A stretch of DNA of 63,290 nt, filler included, from Cercozoa sp. M6MM (Eukaryota; Protista; Endomyxa: Ascetosporea): the NCBI GenBank assembly GCA_040357565.1. It is 9 parts of 9 records of this genome, joined end to end, with 100 filler letters (N's around TTAATTAATTAA, not from the genome) between each part and the next. Parts side by side here need not be neighbours in the genome. Positions count along the whole stretch, not along the records: positions 41,945 to 58,019 come from JBDODJ010000295.1; positions 58,120 to 60,475 come from JBDODJ010001791.1; positions 60,576 to 63,290 come from JBDODJ010001710.1; 6 more parts are not named here. One strand, written 5' to 3'. Both the position numbers and the translations under genes were made by a program. The notes under the pieces are model-generated. The model saw only the letters and a program-made list of their open reading frames with translations, searched no databases and was not told the origin of the DNA. Shown piece after piece: positions 52,966 through 63,290 of the stretch. Within the stretch, counting starts at the first letter, position 1. Every line of letters starts with the position of its first letter.

Positions 52966-55900
52966 ATGACTGCGGACATTGAGCTGGAGTCACCCGCCGC
53001 CGGCACCAAGGTACCTGCTGCGTCTGCGCAGTGCCATGTTCGAGGAAGGGATGAACAAACCTTCATACATCTCCGTTGCAGGCGCACCACATCGCGGCCT
53101 GCGCGCCGCTGCAGTTGGACTTTGAAGACATTGTCTTCTCAGTCAAAAACAACAAGAACGATACTGACTCCAGAGAGATCCTGCACGGCATCTCGGGTTC
53201 CTTCCGACCCGGCCGTCTCACTGCTATGTGCGCTTTTTGCATACTTATTAGGTTCTTTCTTTTTTTCAATGTCTCGGTGACTCTTGAGCAGTATGGGCTC
53301 TAGCGGCGCCGGCAAGGTAGACTGTCTGGCTTTCGATATTTTGTATGTGTAAACCCTGCACCCTGTGTCCAGACCACGCTGCTGAACCTGCTGAGCAAGC
53401 GCACAAAGTCCACCGACCTCGTTGACTTTGGTGGCAGCGTGCGAGGTACCCTCCTGTCTCTCCCCTTTGCTCTCGTGCATACATGCCCGCATGTGTTCTA
53501 GTAAATGGCAAGGAAGCCTCGTCCGCAGATATGCGACGTCGCTCGGCCTACGTGCTGCAGCAAGATCTTTTGCTGGTAGCAAGCTCTGGATCTTAGTGTA
53601 GTTGTGTTAAAAAGACTTGTGTAGGGCACACTGACAGTACGAGAGTCGCTCGAGTTCGCGGCCGAGATGCGACTGCCGCACCTGGAGCGCACCGAGATCG
53701 AGGAGCGAGTCACCACACTGATCTCGGAGCTGTCACTCGACAAGTGCGCCGACACGCGCATCGGCGACGCCTCTAAGCGAGGCCTGTATATTCTCTTGCC
53801 TTTCACCTCTCCAGCTGGCTACCCTGTGTATTTCATGTCTCTTGCTGTTTCCGACAGCTCGGGCGGCGAACTCAAGCGTGCCTGTATCGGCACCGAGCTG
53901 TACCTTTTGTTGTTCTTGCTTTATATATATATATATATATATATATATCTTTCACTAGTGTGTCGAACCCGTCGTTATTGTTCTGCGACGAGCCAACGTC
54001 GGGCCTGGACTCTTACACCTCGTAAGAGCTGTTACATTGTATAGTATAATACACCATATGTACACTCTTGCAGGTACACGATCGTCAATCTGCTTCGTCG
54101 ATTGGTGTGTTGTTTTGGAAAGAGAAGCAGCTTGGGTAGGTGTACACTAGGTATCTCTGTGCAGGCACACGACGGTGGACGCAACGTGGTCACGACGATT
54201 CACCAGCCGAACAGCGAGACGTTTGCGCTGTTCGACGACCTGCTGCTACTGGTCGATGGCGAGATCGTCTACCACGGCCCTGTACCAACCTTGCAGTTCC
54301 TGTCGTTTTGCCTTTAAGACTAACCTCTGCCCAATACACTCATAGGCGATGGAGGTGGTGGACCACCTGGCGAGTCACGGCTTCGAGTGTCCCGTGCACA
54401 CCAACGTGGCCGACTTTGCCCTCAAGATCGTCAACGCCGACGATGAGGAGTCACTCCGCAATCGTGCTGTTGTAACACTGTCCTGTTACTCTGCCTTTCC
54501 CTGTTTGTGGTGTGTGTGTGTGTGCGTGGAGTCAAAACAATTTGTGTGTGTGTGCTTGTTTTCAGCTTAAGGAGGCCTGGCGTGCCAAGCCAAAGCCTGT
54601 GTTTGACGACGTCTTCACGACAGAACTGCCCGACATTGGGTGTGTTCTGAATATCTGGTCTGGTGCAATCAAGGTCATCGGCATGTCTTTATTGCGTGTT
54701 CAGACAACGCGGCTTTTTGTCGCAGACGCTGCTGCTGGCGAAGCGGTCACTCAAGAACTTTGTGCGAACTCCTAATGTGCGTTATTACCTGCCTCTTGTG
54801 TGCAACAGAGGTGTCCAGTCATTTCAGTCAGTTGTGTGCTTGTGTGTGCGCAGACCTTTGCTGCGCGAATCGTGCAGACCTTAGTTGTTTCGGTTCTCGT
54901 CGGCATTATTTTCTACCAACTCGATAATGATCAAGTCGGTAAATTGAAGTTTTTCTAAGTCTTACAGAATACCAACATTGGTTGGTGCCTTCAGGCATGC
55001 AAAATCGCAAGGGCGTGCTGTTTTTCTTGGTAGACTTTGCTTGTCTCTTGTTGTTCTGCTTGTTGCATTCTGTTGAGTTCTGTGCTTTGTTTCACAGATG
55101 CTGTTTGCGACGTTCGGCAGTGCCATGTCGATTTCGCTGACCTTCCCAGTCGAGCGGTAGCATTGTTCTGTGTGTTTACAGTTTTTGACTCATCTGTTGT
55201 TGCGTTTCTCTGCAGTGATCTCTTCAACCGAGAGCACGCGAACAACTTGTACTCGCTAGGTACCGCAACATGAGTCAGTCAATTTTTGGTGTCTGTGTCC
55301 ATGATTCTGCGTGGTCTACAGGACCCTACTTCTGCGGCAAGGTGGTCGCCGAGCTGCCGTTCCAGTTCGTGTGGCCGCTGCTCGTCACTTGTATCGGTAC
55401 CGTGTGTTGCTGATGGCGAGTCTTTCTTGCCTGTGTGTGTGTGTGTGTGTGTGTGTCTGTGTGTCTGTGTGTCTGTGTGTCTGTGTGTGTGTGTCTGTGT
55501 ATGAGTTGTTCTGCAGTGTACCCGATGTGCAACCTCAACATGCCCTTCGTCCACGCGGTTGGTTTCTACGGTCTCAACCTCCTCGTCAACTTCCTGGGCC
55601 AGGTACCTTTTGAGTAGCTTTTTTGAGTGAAGGCAAAGCCCTCGAACTCCCCTTGTTGGCGCAGTCGATCGGCATGTTTGTCGGTGCCGCCGCTTCGTCG
55701 CCAGAGGCCGCCTCGAACACGGCACCGATCCTTATTGTTCCCTTCGCTTTGTTCGCCGGCTACATTGTCAATCTCGGTACTCTACGTGCAAACATGCGTG
55801 TCAGTATGTGGATTTGTCACTCGCAGAGACGGTGAGTCCGGTGCTGTCATGGATCCAGCACGTGTCGCCCTTCAAGTACGTCTTCGAGGCCATGGTAGGA

Positions 55901-56319
55901 CTGCCACATACGCACACATACACAACAGCCTTGTATGCACCACATCTGATGCAATCGCTGTGAATTTAGATCATCAACGAGTTCGATGACGCCGATTTTT
56001 TCTGCACCCAGGATCAGCTGGTCGAGGTAGCTCGTTTCTCCTCGTAGCACCGTAGCCGAAACTGACTCATGCTACCCGGGTTTCTTTCTAGGGTGCCTGT
56101 CCCGTTACGGAAGGCAAACAGGTTGTCTCCCAGCTCTCCATGGGTAACTTTTTGTTTCCTCCAGTGGCCTCTGTGTGTATGCATAGTCTTGATCACTCGT
56201 GTTTTTGTCCCTCAGATACGGACGATTTCGCCACGGATGTCGGTGCTGTTGTCGGCATTCTGCTGCTGTACTGGGTCGGCGCCTTTGTCGCTCTGTGGAA
56301 CAGCACTCGGAAGCACTAG
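52966..56319 (+). CDS. ABCG (White-family) half transporter B
   Basis: [78 protein letters not shown]. Confidence 0.93.
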
Positions 56320-56828
56320 TGGGTGGAACGAAGACAGACAATTGACGTGGCTCGAGATCGGAGCTGAGTTTATTTCGATTTATTGACTGATTGCTAATTG
56401 ACTGATTGGTTCAATTGCATCTACTGAAGCGAGGATCCCTTCCGGCTGCGCGGTTGGCGTGCGTGGTGGCCCGGTCTTGCAGTGCAATAAGACAGTCTGA
56501 GAGCCAAGAAATGAGGTACAGGCACGCCGCGGCCAGGCCAGGGGCACGCCACTTGCTGCGCCGTTGTGCATTCGTGCTGCCAGTGCATTTTGGGTACCCC
56601 TGAACTCTGAGACTGCCCAGTGCGACGAAGTGGCGCGCGAGAACACGCGATTTGTCATAGATAGAACGTTAAAGTCGTCGGCCGAAACACTTCCGAGTCT
56701 GTCGAAATAAAAAAGACGGCAATCGAGATTTGAGGGTGGTAAACAGTTGTACTGCTGGAGCTCGGCTAGTGTGCACACTCACTCTGTTGAATCGCACGCA
56801 GAGTTCAATCAAAGTTAGGCACTAGCAG

Positions 56829-57949
56829 GATGAAGCTGCTCCTGGCGGCACTGTTGGGACTCTCGGTCCTGCCTGCAGACGCTGCCTCGAGTCGCGCAAC
56901 TGTAAGTTGTCGACTCGACCGGAGCAACGGAGTTTTGACCCGGCGTGTTGTGTCAGGTGGCGTCGCGACGCAGCACGGTGCCGCGAACGACGCCGCTTAG
57001 CCGTCTAAGCTTAGGGAATTCGAGATCCACCGGTAAGGAAAATACGAAAAAGGAAACTGACTTCATGTGTATTGATTTAATCGTGTGAGGGTTGCTTGTC
57101 TCTAGGCCAGCGAGACCGCATTCCGTCACCACCACCACCCCCGGTAGCATTCGCCCTCCCCTCCCTACTCCCGAAGGTGGCTGCACAGAGTTCCTGTATA
57201 TCTGTGGCTACTCAGACCGACCAGACGGACCAGACGGACCAGCCAACCCAGCCGCCGACTGATACCGGTCCAACTACAGGGACAGATGGACCAGATGCGG
57301 GCGGAACGGACACGGATGCTGACAATGCTCCATCGGCGACACTGGTGTACCCGATGAATGCACCGTCGCTGGACACTCGTCCGAGTTGCTGCGCGCCTGC
57401 TGGTACAGAGGGTGCCAATATGGATATAGAGGAGTATGGCTATAGAGGAGTATGGATATAGAGGAGTATGGAAATAGAAAAGTATGAACATAGAGAAGAG
57501 TAGGAAGAGATGAAGAAGGAAACAACAATGTGTGCCAGTAGCAGACCGACCAAGCAAGTACTACTACCCACATGGAGGTGTGCAAGTGACAACGACACCT
57601 GCAGGCGATGTCGGTGCACAGGTACATTGCTACGCCAATGGTCCCATAGATTCGAGTCTGTCCTGACCCCCTCTCCTTCCCAGACGGCAGCAAATGGCAA
57701 TGCCAACAACGTGAATCAGCAGACGGTGGTGCACGTGCACCTCAAGCGGCCCAACGAGTGCGCGCAGTGTACCACCCCCCGGATGGGCCCAACCCGCGGT
57801 GCGTCTGGACCTACGCTTTCCCTGCTTTGGCCTGTGCAGGTACAGGCCTCCCGCAGAGTATGCTTGATGCTCCAGGTGTCCAGCAGCAAGGTCGACCGAC
57901 ACAGTCTTCTGGACACTGGGTCTTCCAGCCGACACAGACACCTGCCTTG
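56829..57949 (+). CDS. Secreted low-complexity (Thr/Asp/Pro/Gln-rich) protein, 3' truncated
   Basis: Signal peptide MKLLLAALLGLSVLPADA; in-frame exons with TDQTDQTDQPTQPPTDTG, PSCCAPA, ECAQ/CTGLPQ. Confidence 0.65.
57419..57500 (+). repeat. Intronic 16-bp minisatellite (TATGGATATAGAGGAG)n
   Basis: About three near-perfect copies plus degenerate ones. Confidence 0.8.
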
Positions 57950-58019
57950 GTTTCGACCCCCCCCCCCCCCAGAAAGCGCAGCACCAGACGCACCGCGGGT
58001 TGGGCCCATCCGGGGGGTG
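57773..58019. repeat. Perfect 36-bp inverted repeat pair (57773-57808 / 57984-58019)
   Basis: CACCCCCCGGATGGGCCCAACCCGCGGTGCGTCTGG and its exact reverse complement; the contig ends in the second copy. Confidence 0.95.
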
Positions 58020-58119
58020 NNNNNNNNNNNNNNNNNNNNNNNNNNNNNNNNNNNNNNNNNNNNTTAATTAATTAANNNNNNNNNNNNNNNNNNNNNNNNN
58101 NNNNNNNNNNNNNNNNNNN

Positions 58120-58280
58120 GGTGGCGGTGAAGCCAGGGTTGGTGGTGAAACCAGTGGTGGCGGTGAGGCCAGAGGAGGCGGTGAAGCCAGGGTTGGTGAT
58201 GAAACCAGTGGTGGCGGTGAAGCCAGAGTTTGTGGTGAAACCAGTGGTGGCGGTGAGGCCAGAGGTGGCTGTGAGGCCAA
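58120..58280 (-). repeat. 18-bp tandem repeat that reads as (LASPPP/LVSPPT)n
   Basis: Repeated GGTGG(C/T)GGTGAAGCCAG-like units; open on the minus strand; truncated by the contig end. Confidence 0.7.
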
Positions 58281-58605
58281 AGATCTGATGACTGATTATC
58301 TTAGTATCTCAGTCGTTGCGGACCTGCAGTACCCAAAGCGGCCGTCAAAAATTTAACAAATAAGCGCCTAGTACAGTTCAGAAACGCTTAGGCTATCATT
58401 ACACACGTCCAGGCTCTATTAAAGGTAAAAATAGCTGGCTTCGCGACAGTTTTTTAATGGGCTCACTATTTTACCCGACGATAGAGGAGGATTCCCCTGA
58501 ACTCCTATCCTCTACCGTTCGATTCAGTTCACGTCAGTTTGCAATCAAACGAATGCAAGCAGCACCGCACGAAAATGTTTCTGGCGGATGGTTGAACCCG
58601 AAGCT

Positions 58606-60410
58606 TCACTCATGACCAACGTGCGTCATAACAGAGGATTCTTCACCCAGTTGATCGCACAAGTCCTTCAGACGCTGCCGCATCTGTATGACAAAAGGGC
58701 ACGTAAGGACCTCCAACAGAAAGCTGCTCGCTCTGTTGGTGGGCATGTGGTGAAGTACCTTCGGGATGCCGGCAAGCTGCTCCTCGAGCTGGTTCTTTCT
58801 CTCCTTGAGGTTCATCATGGCGTCCAGATCGAGCTCTTCGAAGCGGTACTTGCCATCGCCGAGATAGTGCAGCACGTGGCTGTGCCACTTCCACAGCGAC
58901 GGACGGTGCGACACCGTGAGCAGCGTGATGCCGCGCTGCCACAAAACACCATAGACACAGGCAGGACTGGTCGGAGTGACACGAATACCGCCTTCGCGTG
59001 TTGGTACATGCGTGCCTCAACGTCCATCGAGCACGCCGACGTGCACTCGTCGAGGATGGCGAAGTGTGGCCGGTGGTAGAACAGACGCGCCATGGCAAGA
59101 CGCTGCTGCTCGCCGCCACTCAGCAGGTCCTGGAAATCGGCCTCCTGATCGAGGCCGCCTTCGCGCTCGAGAAGGTAGGTCAGGTCCACGTCTTGCAACT
59201 GCAGCAACGACCTAAGCCTCAGCATGCCAGGTACAACAAACAGAAAAGCAGTACCAACTGCATTAGCTCGGCATCCAACTCGGCAGACTTGTAGTCCTCC
59301 TCGGCGTGCGGGTACAGCACCTGAAAGAATACATCTATAGTTCAAACCACTCTCCATTCTGGGAGCGAAGGTCACCTGCTGACGCAAGGTGCCACGCGTG
59401 AAGTACGGACGTTGCGGAATGTAGAACATCTTGTCCGACGACGGTTTGGTGAGCACACCGCCACGGCAAGGCCACAGGCCGCCCAGCGTGCGGAAGAAAG
59501 ACGACTTGCCACTGCACACACGGTACATCAAGAACCTCTCAGAAGTGCGAATATGAGCACTCCAGGTACCAGCCGTTGGGACCGATGATGAGCAGGTGCT
59601 GACCACGGCACAGATCCAGCGACATCGAACGAATCAGCACGTCGCCGTTCGGTGTCACAATCGGCACCTTGTCAAAGCACACGCGTTCGTCGTCAATGCG
59701 CACTAAAACACGCCACAGTCATTGTAGTCCTGAACAACAGACGTCCTAAAAGACGGATTACCCTCGCCGACGCCATGCACAAGCGGCGCATTCTCGGGTA
59801 GCTCAGCCGACGCGAGCAGTTGCTTCTGGAAGCGGCCTTCCTTGCAATCCTTGAGCACCTGCGAGGAACACACGAGTAGACAAAGTGGGGGGGGGGGGTA
59901 TGATAGTGTCCAGTGCCTCAAGCAGCTGGGAAACACGAGACGTGTAGCCAGCCAGTTCCGTGATCTCCTTGTACGACGACATAAGACGCTCGATGGCATC
60001 GGCAATGTTCTTGAGAAAGGCGCGCGATGTGACCTGACAGCACATCAGTTTCAGAGTGTGCACGAGGCAAGGCTTTAAACCTAAAAGTACCAGAAGCTCA
60101 GTCCGCTGAGACACGGCGTTCGTGAGTGACGCTGAGGATCTCGACTCTGCGCATTGTCACGCAAGTGAGAGTTCAGCAACAACACACAGACACACGCCGA
60201 GTCAGGTAGGAAAGATAACAAGCCTACCCTCGCTCTCCAAGAGCACACTCTGGAACTGCGGCACGGCCACGATGAGAATGCCCATGAAGGACCAGACGTA
60301 CTTGGTGAGGAACTGCTCGATCCACTTGTAGCCGAAGCGCGAACGAATGATGAGTCGCATCTGCGACTCGAGCGACTCATAGGCACGTAAGAGCACCGAG
60401 TGCTCCACCT
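58606..60410 (-). CDS. Peroxisomal ABCD transporter (PMP70/ALDP-like), 5' truncated
   Basis: [102 protein letters not shown]. Confidence 0.94.
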
Positions 60411-60427
60411 AGGAACCGGCAACATTA

Positions 60428-60475
<48 letters not shown>

Positions 60476-60575
60476 NNNNNNNNNNNNNNNNNNNNNNNNN
60501 NNNNNNNNNNNNNNNNNNNTTAATTAATTAANNNNNNNNNNNNNNNNNNNNNNNNNNNNNNNNNNNNNNNNNNNN

Positions 60576-60676
60576 TGCACGTGATGAGCTGCTCATACGA
60601 AAGATAGTTGGCATACGCAATGAGCACAGACACACACAGACAAACAGACACAGACATAGACACAGACACAGACACA

Positions 60677-60713
<37 letters not shown>

Positions 60714-61695
60714 ACACACAGACACAAGCAGAGAGTACGGCATGCTCGGCCACGAAGAAGGCAACAGTTGTGTTGATCAGCGTCACGAGCAGCACAATCG
60801 ACAGCGCGTACAGTGCCACGCGGCGCTGCGTGATCACTCCGTGCTCCTCGTGCTGCACACACACACACACACCTCAGTATCAGAGGCGAGAGGTGCGAGA
60901 ATATATGCACACCACATCGGCAACGAGAGGCGTGTTCAAGGAGTGCGATTCGGCAGTGTCAGGGTGCTGTGCGACAGAGAATCTCCACACAGACACACAG
61001 ACAAACACAGACACACAGGCAGTCAAAAGCAAAGACACCACCTCTGACTCCAACGTGAACACGCGAGATAAATGCCATGCTCGCAGAAGCTACACACTCA
61101 CAGGGAGCAGTCAACTCGCACAGAGTCACAAGAAACAACAGCTACCGTGGGAACGACCACTGCCGACCACTAGGCACAAGCAACACACAAAGACACGATG
61201 AGGGACACGATGAGGGTAGACACAGACACAGAGACACAGACACAACTATACGGCAAACAGGTGCGTCCGACCCCACAGTTTGCAGAACTGCAACAATTAG
61301 ATTTCGAAACACGGACAACGCGAGGGACAGAACATTACGAACTCGTCGGAGCCAAAGAAATCGTCATCGAAGCGAAGCAACAGCACCGTGGCCGCTGCAC
61401 CGGATCCCAGACCGGTCAGCAGCAGCACAACACTACCAATATGCCACAAACGCACATACGCACTCTCATACAGATACAGCACAGCCGAGGGTACGCATTG
61501 CGCTGCAGCACCGGCTGTCTCTTGCGCCTCCAAATCAGCAGCAGCAACTGCAAGCAAATCGAGAACTGAACTTGAGACAGTGCAATTCGGAAAGAAACTG
61601 CATACCGTCAGTACAACAAAGCCAAGCCAGCCATAGCTCACATACTCAAACAGCGGGTCCGAGATACTCGACCCGCCGTCTTCGGGGTGGGTCAT
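60576..61695 (-). CDS. GPCR-like multi-pass membrane protein, 3' truncated
   Basis: MTHPEDGG...YGWLGFVVLT/FSICLQLLLLIWRRKRQPVLQR/VVLLLTGLGSG.../ALYALSIVLLVTLINTTVAFFV. Confidence 0.5.
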
Positions 61696-62112
61696 CTCGT
61701 TTTATTGTATTTTCTCGTCCCACTCAAGCTGACTGACGTCTGACGATCGATCACCAGTTAATACAGCCTGTGCATAGGAGAAACCTCGAGCACACTCGAG
61801 CGTCGCAGATGCTGCTCTAGAATGACAGTGAATCGCTGATTCTAATGCAGTCCGTCTGGACCGTTAAAATAAACAATATTCGGTTTATTTTCTGTTTTCC
61901 GGGCCATGTGGCTCAAAGCCCGGCTCAGAACAACGGGGAGAACTCACACGCACAAAACTAGGTGCAACGTTACGTGCTGTGTGCACTTGGTCCGAGCCCT
62001 CGCACGCTGGTACTGATTTCCTTCAATTGGTGTCGTAGCTTGCCAAATGACAAAATTTTCCCCCAGGCGCGATTGTTCTTGGTTGTGTGTGTTCACGGTT
62101 GGCGTGGACAGT

Positions 62113-63183
62113 ATGGAGGAAGACGCGGCGTCGCTGCAGCTGCTGCTGGCGACGCAACGCGAAACCACCGTACCTCACGTTAGCGCACTGTGTGATCTCC
62201 TCGGTGCTGATGTTTGTTTATTGCTTTCGGCAGGCGCAGCTACAGGCTCAGTTAGCCGAGGCGAATGACGCCTTGCTCAACGCTGACGAGGTAGCACCGC
62301 TCAGTGTCTGACAGGAACACGCGAGTCTGGCGTACCTCTGTGCCTTTGTTTTTGTCAGAGACTGCACACATTGGAACGAGACAATGCCGACGTCACTGCC
62401 GAGCGAGGTACCCAGCATGAGGGGCAACACAAGGACACTGCTTGCTTCTTGAGAGTCTACTGTGTCTGCAGATGCGCTGGCGGAGCGTGTGCGCGAACAG
62501 ACGCGCAGTGCGCAGGTAGGCCGAGATCTTACCCCCCCGTTAAGCAGTACCCTGTGTGTGTAGGAGTTGGAGCACACGCTACAGCACGAGCGAGACGAGG
62601 TGCGACAGCTGCGGCAGCAACACTCGGAACTCCTCAAGGTCAAGGCCAACCTGCAGGGTACATTTGGACCGTCGGTTTGGACTTTTGTACTGTCGGTTTG
62701 GACTGTCATTTTTGTACATGGACTTGCTGTAGCCACCGCCACCGAACGCGAGGCTGACATTCGCTCACTCTCCAACACGCAGCTTCGCACGCAGCGCGAG
62801 GTCGATCGGTTGCAGGTGTTGCCCCGCACCTTTTACCCCCCACCTTTACCCCCCACCTTTACCCCCCCCCACCTTACCCTCCCCTCCCCCTGAGGCAGAA
62901 CAAGACGCGTGAGTGCGAGAAACGACAGCTCGAGATGGAAAAATCGCTGCGCGACAAGTACACAGTGTTTTGTGTCCAGGTGTACCGTAGAAATGTACAC
63001 GCGATAAATAGGGACGCCGAAATAGCCGCACTGCAGGCCACATTGTCGGCAGAAACTGTACGGTCCATTTGGACCAGAAGACTCTCCCTTAAACATATGC
63101 ACATCACAGGCCAGGAGGCAGGACGCCGAGCAACTCAAGGAGATGTACGCCAATGCCAAGAACGACACCGCTTCTGTACCCAT
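62113..63183 (+). CDS. Coiled-coil protein (3' truncated)
   Basis: MEEDAASLQLLL/AQLQAQLAEANDALL/ELEHTLQHERDEVRQLRQQHSELL..., with short GT-AG introns. Confidence 0.65.
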
Positions 63184-63189
63184 GTCTAG

Positions 63190-63290
63190 CCTCCCTACCC
63201 CCCCTGCTTACCCCCCTGTTTACCCCCCTGTTTACCCCCCTGTTTACCCCCCTGTTTACCCCCCTGTTTACCCCCCTGTTTACCCCCCTG
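63190..63290 (+). repeat. Intronic minisatellite (TTTACCCCCCTG)n
   Basis: Tandem 11-12-bp units running to the window end. Confidence 0.9.

Noticed and set aside
57419-57500. CRISPR-like array
   Set aside because: Tandem units without unique spacers, inside an intron of a eukaryotic gene.
63190-63290. Telomere
   Set aside because: The unit TTTACCCCCCTG is not the complement of TTAGGG or TTTAGGG, and it follows a splice donor inside a gene.

Overview
Eukaryotic, gene-dense and very intron-rich genomic DNA, probably from a flagellated protist (the lineage cannot be fixed from the sequence alone). The window is nine contigs joined by eight artificial 100-nt spacers (N44-TTAATTAATTAA-N44), so adjacency across spacers means nothing. 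Genes are split by many short GT-AG introns (typically about 40-100 nt), so the ORF track mostly shows fragments; I rebuilt the genes by splicing them manually. Recognisable genes: a USP4/11/15-type deubiquitinase, mevalonate kinase, a Hydin/DLEC1-like ciliary protein, an RNF213-like C-terminus, DUF2009, PRKRIP1, choline/ethanolamine kinase, SSNA1/DIP13, AMMECR1, CDC16/APC6, PGAP1/Bst1, a head-to-head pair of ABCG half-transporters, a peroxisomal ABCD transporter and a decayed LINE. The standout, which the ORF track misses, is a complete bacterial/phage-type tail-collar (MdpB-like tail fibre) gene at 18249-19391 (-), split by six spliceosomal introns, i.e. apparently a domesticated prokaryotic or viral structural gene. 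Also notable: an exon bracketed by perfect 36-bp intronic inverted repeats, and strand-biased TTTACCCC-rich introns. All family calls come from remembered motifs, not database searches.
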